From: Hydrolagus colliei
Taxonomy: Eukaryota
Direction: 5' to 3'
DNA: 64,000 bases
Assembly: GCA_035084275.1 (NCBI GenBank)
Contig: CM068757.1
Location: forward strand, 10,540,001 to 10,604,000
This document shows positions 1-12,168 of the stretch, piece by piece. Below the pieces are notes generated by a model. It searched no databases. It saw only the letters and a list, made by a program, of their open reading frames with translations, and had not been told where the DNA came from. The translations under genes were made by a program, and so were the position numbers. Each line of letters starts with the position of its first letter. Position 1 is the stretch's first letter.

Positions 1-270
1 AGGCAAAACCATCAACAAGTTTCCTTACTCCATCCAACGGATAATCCTCTAATCCTCCCAAATATATATATTTTTAATTGGTAATTTCAATCCATGACTG
101 TTTGTGGGACACAGCTGTGCACAATTGGCTGCTGTGTTTCACCCACAAATATATAGTTGATTCACTTTACAGCATATTCTATGAAACAATTAAGACGTCT
201 AAGGTGCTATACAAATGTAATTTTGTTGTTGTCTAGAAGACATGAAAAACGTTATGTCAAATGTAAGCCT
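1..270 (+). mobile_element. Short tRNA-derived SINE, head cut by the window edge
   Basis: AAGTTTCCTTACTCCA, body GACTGTTTGTGGGACAC..GCAATTGGCTGC, and LINE2-like tail. Confidence 0.7.
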
Positions 271-292
271 TATTTATATACTGTTATAGAAG

Positions 293-626
293 ATTGACTG
301 TATTTTGTAGGCAAAGCCTGGCAGGTCAGTTGTGCACAGAAATGTCCTCCAAACAGCCTTGGATTGAGTGACCAATTTTGTTTTGGGGATTGTTTGCCAG
401 GACACCGGGAGAAACTACACTTTTCGAGTAGTGCCATGGGATCATTAATCTCTACCAGAACAGGGAGACAAGACCTTGGTTTAACGTCTCATCTGAAAGG
501 TAGCACCTCCGACAATGCAACCCTCCCACTGCTTTGGAGTTTCATCTTAGATTATGCAAATTCAAGTGCAGACATGGGATTTGAACCCATAACCTTCTGT
601 CTCAAGAACCACTGTGGCAGGCTGAC
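293..626 (-). mobile_element. Deu-domain SINE (SacSINE1/AmnSINE1-like)
   Basis: Reverse complement of the Deu core (GTGCCATGGGATC..GGTTTAACGTCTCATCTGAAAG) and tRNA head (TTGAACCCATAACCTTCTG). Confidence 0.8.
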
Positions 627-1480
627 GCACACCGACACATGCCCTGTGAGACCACAATGTCTTTACGACCATAATGTCCTGTAATTTACAATCACACAGA
701 ATTGTGCAAGAATCTGCTTTGTTTTTAAGAACATTAGAAAAATGGCTTCCAGTCTAAGGCTGCATTCAAAAATTTACCACAGTTCAACATCAATGTACAT
801 TTTAAGGCAAAATGGTCTCAAAGGCTAAGGCGAGGGGGAATTTCAGCTTCTTGATTCACAGGTACCCTCCAGCCAGGGTGAGGGGCAATCTTCAGTGAGA
901 TAAAAACAGATTGTTTGACAATTTGGAATCCAATAGCTGGCCTGCTCAGCAAATTCCCAATTCTGAACTGACAGAAACAGACCCTTATATGAAGATCACA
1001 GAGAGAGAAAAAAAATCCTTGCATTTGGTACAGCACCCGTTAAACCTCCAAATTCCACCTAGTTATAGCTAGCCAGAAAAAAACATTTATTAAATGTACT
1101 AAATGTAAGATATGGAGATTTGTGAAAATGCCTTCAACACTTCCGCACTGCAATTCTTTCTAAAGAAAACGGGCATCAAATTGAATTGAAGAATTTTCCA
1201 TAGCACAGCGTAATATTAAAATCAAAGTCGTAATGTTTTTACAAGCTAAGATGAAGTGGAATTTTATGTCCACAATGTCAAAATGCCTTGAAGTGTCCAG
1301 ACAAGTTGGTGATTCGGGTCATGGCTGTTTGTAAGCCTTTGCTTTGGAGTAAATTGGCTGCGGCGTTTGCCTGCAATTAATCAGTCACCACACTTAACAG
1401 CAATTCTGTGTGATGAAAGGTTTCAAAATGATAGGTGCCATCTAAAATACAATTATTATTTATTGAACAGCAGGTATTTT

Positions 1481-1640
1481 GTTGGGTTAGCTAAGTGTCT
1501 GACACAATTAGAAACCGATCACCATTCTCAAGAGTATCCAAATTAGACTGAAAGTTCCACATATCCCATCAACACATGGACATTCCTGTGTAGAGCGCGC
1601 TCTGTTCCAAACATTAAATTATAACCAAGTTAATACCAAC
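1481..1640 (-). repeat. Unclassified dispersed repeat 'X', 3' part
   Basis: GTGTCTGACAC..GAGTATCCAAATTAGACTGA..GGACATTCCTGTG, the reverse complement of the copy at 10331-10572. Confidence 0.6.
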
Positions 1641-2232
1641 AGCAACATAGTCTCAATGATCTCTCAAGATGTGTTCAAATCACATGCTACAGATTACTTT
1701 CTACCTGATCTCTTTCCCTGATAGTATGTTGATATTTGATTCTGAGAGGTGCCTCACCCGAATAGTAAACTTCAAACAATGAGCCTAATAATCCTGAATT
1801 TGTCTACAAGATGCCCAAAATTTGACTTGGTTTTAGACTCAGTAGTATTCCAATACCTCGTGTTAGATATAATGCTCTATCAGATCAAAGCATCTCACAC
1901 AGTCACTGTAAAATGAATGAATAATAACCCTCATACATACAGTTCAAAGCTCCGCGACACTACCACACATGAAGGGTACTACAGTATATAAATGCAATTT
2001 GTTGTTCTTGTTGTAAATGGTAAGAGATTGTGTATTTTGTAGATGCGCAGCAGCTAATTTGTAGACATCAATGACCCAAAACAGTCAGGAGGGAATGATC
2101 AGTTTTACCTGGGGGATTGTTGGCCACAACTCTGGGGGAATTTATCTTCTCTTTTCGAACAATGTTATGGCATCTTTTATGCTAGGCTGGACAGGCAGTC
2201 GGAACCTCGATTTAATGTCTCATCTGAAGGAC

Positions 2233-2586
2233 GTGGAGTCCTGTATTGGTTAGAGTACTCACTTCGCAAACGAGAAGAATCGGGTTTGATTTCCAGGTGG
2301 GGCGAAAGCGTAGGCAAGTTTCTTTAACTTCACACACCTCTGTTTACCCAGCAGTAAGTAGGAACCAGTGTGTTAGTCGATTGGCTTTCTAGGGGTAATT
2401 ATCAATTATAAATAAATGATAATAATAATTGCCATTTAATTTACAACTGTTTGTGGGACACTGTTGCGCACACTGATTCAATCACAAAATAATAGTCAAT
2501 TCACTTTACAGTGTATCTTGTGAAGTGTTTTCAGACATCTCGAAGACGTGACAAGATGCTACATCAAATGTAAAGACTATTATTAC
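2233..2586 (+). mobile_element. tRNA-Ala/Val-like SINE with extra internal domain (CCTCTGTTTACCCAGCAGTAAGTAGGAACC)
   Basis: GGAGTCCTGTA..GGTTAGAG A box, GGTTTGATTTCC B box, LINE2-like tail ending in (ATT)n. Confidence 0.8.
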
Positions 2587-3614
2587 TAGCGCTAGTGTCT
2601 TAATATTGAAGATTGTTCAGAATTTGGCTTAATTCGGAAAGCATTATATAGGTCCAGGCTATTGCTCTGTCAAGTTTCCACTACTATTACACTTAAAATC
2701 TGCTCACTCAGCAGGGAGTGGACTTGGTTTGTCCATTTGCCCCTTGGCAGCTGAGTGGGATAATAATACTTTAATACGAATAATAATCCTTGATTTGGTA
2801 TAGCACCTCTTATATCAGTATGATAAGTCAAAGCACTTCACAGATTTACCATTAAGTGGAGTGACCATGTATTTGTAGGCAAATGCAGCATAGTCCATCA
2901 AATTGGGAGAAACTGTGGAATCAAATGAGATAGCAAAACTCCTATGAAAAGGGCTTGATAGTGTATGAACAAGGGCTGATAACTGGCAAAAGGTAGTTTA
3001 TTAGAGATAACTGCAAGATATACTAAGAAAGTTTTTTTTACTTTTGATAACAACACATTATTGAGATATCTCAATGTGTTTCACAAGATACACTGTAAAG
3101 TGGGTGAAATCGGGCAGCCAATTGGTCCAGTGACCAATTTTATTTTGGGGACTGTTTGCCAGAATACTGGGAGAAATTCATGGTATCGTTGAGATCTTTA
3201 ACATCCACCTGAACAGGCAAATGGAAACTCGGTTTAAATCTGAAAGGATGGTATATGCCTTGTGTAACATTCAGCAGTATATAATCTTGTCCACATGTTC
3301 TGATATTGCATATAGGAAGTAAGAATAAGAAACACAAGTAGCCATGCCGGTGAGAAAAGGGGAAAGTGAAAGAGATTGTGGGGTGTTGGGTGATGCTTTC
3401 TTCACTGTGAGAGAACAGTGGGAGACAATAAACAAGGCAAACACATTATTATTTTTAATTTGTTCGCATTTAAAATAATAACAACATTAAAGTGAACATA
3501 CTTTCCCTTTATCAGAACTTTAATATCAGATTAGCCTATATCAGAGTTGTGAGATAATAACGATGGTAATGATTATTACTATTACTTCACTCAGCTCCGA
3601 GTTTCACTGTCATT

Positions 3615-3795
3615 CTAGAGGTGATTAAAACCCCTGCTCTCTTCAAAAGCTCCACTTATAGACACCTACCGATAAGACATGGACATTTCCACGTGTAGGT
3701 GACCTACTTACATGGTACTCAGGTCGGGTTTGTATACCCTTTATTCAGCATGGTAATGGTTTCCTCATATGTCAGACACCTGACTGACCAAAAAA
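3615..3795 (+). repeat. Unclassified dispersed repeat 'X'
   Basis: GGACATTTCCACGTG..CTCAGGTCGGGTTTG..GGTTTCCTCATATGTCAGACACCTGACTGACCAAAA. Confidence 0.55.
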
Positions 3796-3804
3796 AGTAC
3801 ACTC

Positions 3805-3870
3805 ATACACAACCATACTCACACACCCGATCTCACACACACACACACATACTCTTTCTCTGACACACAT
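3805..3870 (+). repeat. (CA)n microsatellite, degenerate
   Basis: CACACACAC tract seen directly. Confidence 0.8.
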
Positions 3871-4539
3871 TGAAACACAAATATGCATGTGAAGGCACAT
3901 GGAACAACTACTTGAATTTAGAAAGCGCCCTTCTTGCAGGGAAGCAATTCAGAGCATTCAACAATAAAATTACATTTGTATAGCGTCTTTCACATTGGGA
4001 GGACGTCCCAAGGTGCGTGCACACACACTTACTTTCCCCATGGCTGCTCACCTACGAGACACCAAAAAATAGCCACTCACAGGCACACTGACATAAAAAA
4101 CAACTTGTCACATTACTAAGAATAGAAGAGTAAATAAGTTTGATGCAGAGTTTGTTTTTTCCAGTTCTTTTTAACCTGATTATATAACAGCAGAAAATGT
4201 TTTTATTAATAAATGGAAGGCTGCAGCAAGCATACAATATATTGCACTGTTATCAAAAAACAAAACATCTGATCTACTACTTCATACTAACAGAACGTCC
4301 AGAATGGGTTCTATTTAAAAAAATATTAATAATGTACTAATCAAGTCAAGTCATAACACACACTTTCCTTCTTGTTTAGCTTTCTGTGTTTAGACTGAGA
4401 GGATTTTTTCACAGTTCTGACAGATTTTATACAGAAATAATTTTTATTATTGCAACCCTTAATTGCAACGCATTGATACAACCCCCCCAACAATACAGGT
4501 TGTATAAATGCAATTTGTTGTCACCCGGCTCAACTGACT

Positions 4540-4865
4540 CCACATCCTACAGAGGATGGAGTTCCAAATCCTCATCCTCACCTTCAAAACCCTCCAGGGC
4601 CTTGCTCCTCTCTACCTCTGTGACCTACTAACTTCACGTAGATTTGTCCGCTCCCTCTACTCATCGTGCCTTGACCTGTTCCATGTCCTTCACCTGGTCC
4701 ACCCACCATCAGTGGGGCCTTCAGCCTCTCCACCCTCACTCTTTGAAACTACAACCCACAGTCCCTTTGCCTCTTCCCCTCCCTTACTTGCTTCAAGTCT
4801 CATCTCAGGTCCCCCCTCTTCGACCGCACCATCAGTCATCCTCCTACAAATGTAATTTGTTGTTA
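4540..4865 (+). mobile_element. LINE2 3' fragment, degenerate
   Basis: Translates EFQILILTFKTLQGLAPLYLCDLL (LINE2 ORF2 C-terminus) and ends in AAATGTAATTTGTTGTT. Confidence 0.85.
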
Positions 4866-5016
4866 TAATTTGCCTTTCATTGGCATCTCTGTGGTCCACC
4901 GCAAAGCCACAAGCTCACCTGTGCATTCTCTCCCAGCCTCGCCCACTCCCTCCTAGGTACACATGCATCCTAGTATGATCACTGTTAAATACACAGCACA
5001 TTAAGTAATTTCATTA

Positions 5017-5285
5017 ACAACCAAATTACATTTATACAGCTCCTTTCACGTCAGGAGGATGTCCCAAAGCACTGAACAGTCAGGGCTTGGGATCCGAGCA
5101 TGGGGCAAGGGTAGGGGGGAGGGGATGGAGAGAGGTGGGAGTGTGGCAGAAGGCACGATCGAAAAGGAGGGTCTTGAGACTGGCCTTGAAGGATGCAAGG
5201 GAGGAAGCGAGACAAAGGGCCTGGGGGATGGAGTTCCAGAGTGTGAGGATAAAGAGGCTGAAATGTCACCAACAAGGCAGAACAC
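5017..5285 (-). mobile_element. LINE2 3' fragment
   Basis: Reverse-complement tail CCTTTCACGTCAGGAGGATGTCCCAAAG and GGGATGGAGTTCCAGAG (LWNSIP). Confidence 0.85.
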
Positions 5286-6329
5286 AAACCAACCAGGCTG
5301 GTTAAAAAGCAGGCAGATGATTGCCTAACTCTCCTTGACAAACACATATGCTCTGTCCTCCATACGCAGATACACACTTCCTCACATACATATGTAAACA
5401 GATAAATGCACATACACCACCAACACAACCACAAAATTACATTTGCATCACTTTTCACATCATGAAAGGTTATTTGCACATGCAGTGACTTGTATTTATA
5501 TAGCTCCCCTCACACAGTTTAGTCCCAGAGAAATTGGTACACATTAATGCCTAATATTCATTCATGCAAACATTCACAGGTGCACAGACACACACCCAAC
5601 ACCTGTGGATATATTTCAGCTTCCCTCTTGGTAATTTGTAGCCCATCCATGTGTGTTTCCTATTCTTACTTCCTCTATATTCATCCATATTTTATTTAAT
5701 TTGCCAATTGTCAGTCCATGCCCATGCTATCAAGCTCCCTTTGTTGAGAAACAAAATTGCTGGGATACTTCAGCAGGTCAGGCAGCATCTATGGAGAAAG
5801 GAAAGTGAGTCCACGACCTTTCTCTGTAGATGCCACCTGAACTGCTGAGTTTTCCCAGTAATTTCCATTTTTGTTTCAGACTTTCGGCATCTGCAGCATT
5901 GTGCGTTTTGTCTCTGTGTTGAGTGAGACCTTTACTGCTTCCTCTGATTTCCCAATTCTCCCTCTTCCCCCAACTTGGTAACACCTGCAAATGTAGTTAT
6001 GTTACACTGTGACTGTGAGTCCAGGTCATTCATTCAGGGGACAGTAGTGTAATGATTCTCAATCCACACAACTAATACATCCAAGACAACAGCCATAAAT
6101 CCACAACAGTTGCCCTCCCTTTTTATGCAAAGTCTGATGACCTCCTCATCTCCACCTGCATTCTCTGCTCCAATACTCTCTGCTCCCTTTTTGCAGTCAG
6201 CCGCCACTGGTACTCGTGGCGGCTGACTGCAGACCTCTCAGTTTTAAAAGGATCTAGTATTACTTCTGGCCTAAATTCCATGTAGGAGATAGATGTAACA
6301 TTCTGTGTCTAATTTTCAGGGTCCTCTCT

Positions 6330-6725
6330 GCCCGTTCAAGTGGATGTTAAAGATCCTGTGGTACTATCCGAAAAAAGAAGGGAGTTTCTTTCTCCCAGTG
6401 TCTTGGCCAACAATTCCCTGAATAAAAGAATTGTGGCTGTTTGTTGGGCTTTGCTCAAATAGACTGCCCTGTTCAATCCGCTTCACAGTGTATCATTTGA
6501 AGAGCTTTAAGATGCACTCCCAAAATGAAAGGGGCTACAGCAGAAAAACAATGTGGTCTTTCAATCCACGACTGTTTGCGGGGCAATGCTGAGTGCAATT
6601 ATGCAGGTCGTATTATGTCCACAAAATACTGTCAATCCACTTTACAATATATTCTCTGAAGCGCTTTGAAACATCTCAACAACACAACAAGGTGCTACAT
6701 CAAATGCAAAGATTATTATTATTCT
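6330..6725 (+). mobile_element. Deu-SINE 3' half followed by a second SINE tail
   Basis: GTGGATGTTAAAGATCCTGTGGTACTA..GTCTTGGCCAACAATT, then two tails in tandem. Confidence 0.7.
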
Positions 6726-7646
6726 GTCAGGAGTATTACAATGAGACAGTTCACTGATGGACTAGAAATCAGGTGATTTCAGAATGTTGCAAATATCTCA
6801 TTTAGGAGGTGATAAAGAGACACATGAAATCAATCAGGGATGTCTGTATTAGATAAAGGAACTTTACCTTATAACCTATTGGTATGATGATGTCAGGCAT
6901 GACCCGGTCTGGTGGTGAATAAAGCCTCCTATTCAAGGCCCCAAAAATGTGTTTTATAATTTTATTATAATTGTTGCATTTCTTATAGTGCCTTATCAAG
7001 TCTTTGAGACATGTGGCATGAATTCATACTGTGGCATGAATTGACTGTGTATTTTGTGGTGAAACATATTATTTTATATGACTGTATATTTTTAGTCTCA
7101 TAAAAGTGTCTCATTAAATTAAAGACAACAACCCTTATTTTTATAGCACCTCAAGTTGTTGAAATGTTCTTCACCGGTCATTGCTGTCCAGTGCAATGGC
7201 TGTTCTTTATGGGCAGAAGCAACACCAGTGAGGTACCACAAACAACTGAAGAATCTGATGGACTCTTGGCTAGGACATATGGCGTGACTTTGAATTAACA
7301 CCTGATCTGATGATGCTACCGTTGCTTTAACCTATAAATTTGGTTACTGAGTCTGCCTGCAATTGCACAGTCACTGCACTTAATGTTAACTCTCTGCAAA
7401 AAACTTCCTTAGGATTATAATCAAACAAAGTCACCATGGGTTTCGATTTACTCTCATTATGTTGAGAGTAAATCAACATTTCCAAAAATGTTGCGTTTCA
7501 GGGCATCTAGAATTGGACAATTTGTCTAATTCAGTTTCAACTTTGAAGTTGGATCCTAATACTCCTTACATTGAATATAGTGCCTTATAACACCATTGAA
7601 ATGCTTCAGAGTATTTCACAGTATTTAATGTAGAATGAAATACAGT

Positions 7647-8170
7647 GGAGTCCTGTAGCTTTGTGGTTAGGAACATAAGAACAGAGGAGTAGGCCATTCA
7701 GCTTTTCAAGCCTGTTTCTCAATTTAATTAGATCATTGCTGATCTGTACATTAACTAATCTTTTCAATTCCGATTTCCTGCTTTCTCCCCATAACCCTTA
7801 ATACCCTGACCTACCAAAACAACAACAACAACAAAATTAAATTTATCAACTTCACTCTTGAAGTTGTGGATACATCCACAACCATTTGGAGGAAGAATTC
7901 CAGATTCCGACCACCTTTTGAGTGAAAAATGCTTTCTGATTTCACATTTAAATGGCCTGGTTTCTAATTTTAAGACTATAGCCCCTTGTTTTGGATTCCT
8001 CCACTAGAGTAAATAGTTTCTCTGTATTTACCCTATCAAAACCATTTTTCATCTTAAATACCTCAATCAAATCACCCCTCAACCTACTAATCTCAAGGGA
8101 ATACTTTTAGAGGACATGCCTCGCAAGCGAGAGGACCTGAGTTTGAGTCCAGTACAGGACGAAAACCTAA
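7647..8170 (+). mobile_element. tRNA-Ala-like SINE head split by a CR1 insertion
   Basis: GGAGTCCTGTAGCTTTGTGGTTAG (7647-7670) resumes as AGGACATGCCTCGCAAGCGAGAGGACCTGAGTTTGAG after 8110. Confidence 0.75.
7671..8104 (-). mobile_element. CR1 LINE 3' end
   Basis: Typical CR1 3' end on the minus strand (GAACATAAGAAC..GGAGTAGGCCATTCAG); homologous to 34655-35415. Confidence 0.85.
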
Positions 8171-8240
8171 CCTAAATCTGCAGGATAAAAATGCAAGTTA
8201 ATTCTTCCTAAAGCAGATTTTTCCCCCAATGTTATAATTG

Positions 8241-8269
8241 TTCTGACTGTGGTTTGACCCCTTGTGCAG
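8241..8269 (+). other. Putative branch point and 3' splice acceptor of a 5'UTR intron of LRRC10B
   Basis: TTCTGAC (8241-8247) followed by TTTGACCCCTTGTGCAG|G, 22 nt before the first ATG. The upstream DNA is retroposon-derived, so it is unlikely to be a core promoter. Confidence 0.55.
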
Positions 8270-8291
8270 GGAGGAGGGGCTGCCTCCAAGA

Positions 8292-9182
8292 ATGAAAATG
8301 GGGAACGCTTTCCAGAAGGTTGCCTCTGCCTTACCCTTTGGCTCCGAAGACGGACTGAGCTGCATCAGCACCGACATGGAGGAAGTGAGCGCAGACAGGA
8401 TGCTGGATGTCAGCTACAAGAAGATAAAGAGGTTTCCATCTCCCATCTGCTCCTTCACCTATGTGGAGAAGTTGTACATTAGCAACAACCGATTGAGGGA
8501 GCTCCCTGGTGAGTTTGAGCAACTGGTGAACCTCAAGATCCTAGCCCTGGACTATAACAAGTTTGAAGATGTGCCTAAAGTCGTATGCACTTTGCACAAC
8601 CTCACAAGACTCTACCTTGGCAGCAATAGATTAATGACCATTCCTTCAGAAATCAGGAACTTAGAGAATCTCAGGTGTCTCTGGATAGAGAGCAACTATT
8701 TCAGAAAATTTCCCAAACAGTTACTTGACATGCCCAGTCTAAAGTCCCTCCAGATGGGAGACAACAGGCTGAAATCCCTGCCAGAGGACCTGGTCAGACT
8801 CCTAACTCTTCGAGGGTTTTGGTTGTACGGCAATAGATTTGAGGACTTCCCTCGGGTGCTGTTGAAGATGGAGTTTCTTGAGATCCTCGATGTAGACAAG
8901 AACAAGATCACTCAGTTCCCCAACATGGAACATCTGGAGAGGCTCAAGCTCTTTTGCTATGACCACAACCCTGCCAAGCGCCCCCCAAAGGTGGCAGACG
9001 GGGTAACACTGGTGGGAGATGGGGCAGAGGAACTCCTGGCTGCCAAAGCTCAGCAGATCCTGGACAACCAAGAGAACCAGGACAACCAGGAGCCTCTGCA
9101 TGGAATCCTGAAAAACGGCTCCACTGCATTGGAGCCAAAGAGGACCTATTCACCCTTAGACTGTTCTCAGGAGGAGACGTGA
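8292..9182 (+). CDS. LRRC10B: Leucine-rich repeat-containing protein 10B, uninterrupted CDS (alternative start ATG at 8298, MGNAF...)
   Basis: Long ORF with tandem LxxLxLxxNxL repeats. The motifs LTRLYLGSNRL, LRCLWIESN, LKSLQMGDNRL, LRGFWLYGNRFEDFP and YDHNP..PPKVAD.V.LVG.GA match my recollection of LRRC10B rather than LRRC10. ATG 8298 has a strong Kozak context (AAAATGG). The ORF-track start at 8262 is TTG and overlaps a splice acceptor. Confidence 0.9.
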   Translation: MKMGNAFQKVASALPFGSEDGLSCISTDMEEVSADRMLDVSYKKIKRFPSPICSFTYVEKLYISNNRLRELPGEFEQLVNLKILALDYNKFEDVPKVVCTLHNLTRLYLGSNRLMTIPSEIRNLENLRCLWIESNYFRKFPKQLLDMPSLKSLQMGDNRLKSLPEDLVRLLTLRGFWLYGNRFEDFPRVLLKMEFLEILDVDKNKITQFPNMEHLERLKLFCYDHNPAKRPPKVADGVTLVGDGAEELLAAKAQQILDNQENQDNQEPLHGILKNGSTALEPKRTYSPLDCSQEET

Positions 9183-9826
9183 TTCTGGGCACTAACCACC
9201 ACCTATGGATTATCACGTGTGGGAATGCCCTGTGACAGCCTTGCTGGAGTCACAGTCTGAAGGGTGATTTACCCATGTTCTGTATCAGCGGGACGCAAGG
9301 CAGGCAGATAAGCTGACATTATCTCAGAATGTGGGGGTAGGGTGGGGGGGTGGGATGGGTGGGAAGTCACTGATCTTCTGGGAGGGTCAGGAACAGGCGC
9401 TTGGCGAGTGGAGGGTGGGGGCAGGAGAAAAAGGGAGAAGAGAAATCCCAGGCCCTAACACCCAACCCCCTCCTCCACCCCCAACTCGGGAGAAGGCAAA
9501 AAGCCTTTCTTCACACAATCCAATCCATGATGGGCTTCAGGAGGTGGTCATGCAAGGATGTGAGGTCTATGAGCTGGTTTGTGGAAGGTCTATGAGCTGG
9601 TGTGTGGAGCCGTGACAAGCCGTTTATCAGCGGTTTGGGTTAACACAGGATAGATACGCCACAAGCAATTCAGGACCTTTTGTATCTGCATTAGTAAGTC
9701 AATCTGTGAATGTTTGTGATCTGGAATCTGAGAATCAAGGCATCTTGGTGATATTTAATGCAGACAGTTGCCACTCAATGACAGAGCAGTAAAACAAGAG
9801 GCTGGGGTACTCTGTTTCCATCCCAC

Positions 9827-9920
9827 AATAAAGGTTTTGGGGGAGGGGGAAGAGCAAGGTTTGACATTGATGAATAAGGTGCACTTACTAATTAATTTGT
9901 AATACTTGGCGAAAAATAAA
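9827..9920 (+). terminator. Candidate polyadenylation signals for LRRC10B
   Basis: AATAAA at 9827-9832 and 9915-9920, at the end of ~650-740 nt of unique sequence after the stop codon and just before repeats resume. Confidence 0.5.
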
Positions 9921-10330
9921 TTACAGGCTGTCAATCTGGTCTGATCACTGCCGCAGTGTAATATACTAATAAGAGTCACTTGCCTTTATACTTGTGGTTT
10001 GGGACATCCTCCCAACATGAAATTACAAATGCAATTTCGTTGTTGTTGTTCTCATCTAAAATAGTCCTCTCGTAGCACTTTACTGACTAAAAATGATTCA
10101 AATGCTAATATGCTATCACAAGATCAGTTTGGATGAAGAAGGTCCTTCGGACTATCTGATCTCACTCTTTCAGAACACCCACCCTACCATTATAGTGCTG
10201 AGCTGTCTATTAAGTAAGTCTAGTGTCCTGGCCTCAACAACGCCTCCTGGTAACCCCATTAATTACCCTTGTCAGACAGTGCCTTCAATATATACATGCA
10301 GATTGTTGTTCAGTGATTTTTTAGTTATGA

Positions 10331-10572
10331 GGTTTTAGATAGTTAAACTCCAGCAGTTACCCCAACGCATACTATGGTGTCCCCAAACCTTGGCTCTTGC
10401 CAACCTGCGCCCAGTACTCCAGGGAATTAAGTAAGCAGGATCATCCCTCTGATGAGAGAGCGCACATTCCATTCCAGTACACAGGAATTTCCTTGAATGG
10501 AATTCTCAGTCTGTTTGGGTACTCTTAATAGTAGTGATGAGTTTCCACATGTGTCAGACATCCCACTGACCA
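10331..10572 (+). repeat. Unclassified dispersed repeat 'X', near-complete copy
   Basis: GGTTTTAGATAGTTAAACTCCAGCAGTTACC...GTGATGAGTTTCCACATGTGTCAGACA, aligns with 46829-47058 and 51368-51625. Confidence 0.7.
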
Positions 10573-10585
10573 CACCCAGCTAGGC

Positions 10586-11045
10586 CAGTCTCTGGCTCAG
10601 TGGTAGCACTCTAGCTTCTGAATCAGAAGGTTGTGGGTTCAAGCCCCACATTGGGACTTGGAATCACACTTGGAATGTAAGATAACACTCCAGTGTTGCA
10701 GTGCTGGGTATGTGTTGCATTGTCAAGGTGCTCTCTTTCAGATGAGACATTAAACCGAGGTCCTGTTTGCCTGTTGAGTCAGGTGTGCATTCAAGATCCA
10801 TAGCACTATTGAAAATGAGAATGGAGTTTCTCCCGTTATCCTGGCCAACAGCAATCCCCCCATCAAATAAAAAAAATTGGTCCCACATTCCACGGTTGTT
10901 TGCGGGACATTGCTGTGTGCAATTGCTATTGTGTTTCAACCACAAAGTACAGTCACCCCATTTTGCAATATATCCTGTAATACACTTTGAGAAGTCTTGA
11001 TGATGTGATAAGGAGCTATATCAAATGCAAGGATAATTATTATTT
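10586..11045 (+). mobile_element. Full-length Deu-domain SINE
   Basis: tRNA head TGGCTCAGTGGTAG/GGTTCAAGCCC, Deu core GATGAGACATTAAACCGAGGTCC..AGATCCATAGCAC, LINE2-like tail. Confidence 0.9.
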
Positions 11046-11501
11046 TCTTAAAAAAAACTGAGCCTGCAACATCCTGTAAAGTGTTAATGAGAAAATAAGT
11101 TGTATCATTTAAATTTGGAGTTTAATTGGTGATCAGGAGGGGAACAGAAGCCAGGATAAACTGAGGGCGGAGAGGAAGGGAAAGAGGGACAGTAAATGGC
11201 TGCTTGCAGATGCCAACATATTCCCTTTACGTCTGCCTGGGTCACCAGTAACGGCAGAACTTAAACCAACAACAGCTCAATGTAAAAATGTACTATCATC
11301 GCCAAACATCCTGCAGTGCTTTGAAATGAACCTTTTTGTTTATGCTTGAAATAATTCCACTTGTTAAAATAAGATTTCAGTCCGTCTGTGGCAGGGAGGA
11401 AGGGTAAGAGGGGAGGAGAGAGATGTTGGGGGGGGTGGGGGGGTGATTGTTTTGTGGGGAAGCAAATTATATTGAGTGTGGGCTGGCCTGGGCTTCTATT
11501 C

Positions 11502-11511
11502 CCTTAAATGG
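11502..11511. promoter_or_regulatory. Perfect CArG box (SRF consensus CC[A/T]6GG) in unique G-rich DNA
   Basis: CCTTAAATGG; motif match only. Confidence 0.25.
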
Positions 11512-11839
11512 CAAGGCCCCGATGCACTCACTGTGTGAGGAATGCAGCAGAGATCTATGAACAGATTCTGTCTTTACTTCCGTTTAGGGAGAAAGGATTT
11601 GTGGTATTAGACTACTATAATATTGGGAAAGAGGCAAATTGGGGGAGTGGGTTAAATAACATTACTGGATCTGTATACTGCTCTGGGCGAGTATCCTCAA
11701 GGCATCTACTTCCACCAGTCATTACCACACAGCACTCAACAACAACAATTACAGTGCCCTTCACATCAGGTGGACATCTCAAAATATTCACTGTGAAGTG
11801 TAGTGACTCAGCATTTTGTCTGCAAATGTATGTTTTGAG

Positions 11840-12168
11840 GGAGTCCTGTAGCTCAGTGGTTAGAGCAGTCGCTTTGCAAGCGAGAGACCTGCTTTTGATT
11901 TTTAGGCAGGGTGAGACCCTGGGCAAGATTCCTTACTCCACATGCCTGATAATACTCCCTTGAAAAAAACACAATAATAAATTGGTCATTTTTCAATCCA
12001 CAACTGTTTGTAGGACACAGCTGTGCGCAATTGGCTGCTGCATTTTACATACAAATATACAGTCAATTCACTTTACAGTATATTCTGCGAAGCACTTTGA
12101 GATGTCTAGAAAATGTGAAAAGCGCTTTATCAAATGCAAGGATTATTATTATTATTATTATTATTATT
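11840..12168 (+). mobile_element. Full-length short tRNA-Ala-like SINE
   Basis: GGAGTCCTGTAGCTCAGTGGTTAGAGCAGTCGCTTTGCAAGCGAGAG head; tail AAAGCGCTTTATCAAATGCAAGG(ATT)n. Confidence 0.9.

Noticed and set aside
9561-9610. AGGTCTATGAGCTGG repeated twice in the LRRC10B 3'UTR
   Set aside because: A simple 23-nt tandem duplication with no array or spacer structure; not CRISPR-like.
11840-11912. tRNA-Ala-like sequences here and in many similar copies
   Set aside because: They are SINE heads followed by SINE body and tail, with an imperfect acceptor stem, so they are not tRNA genes.
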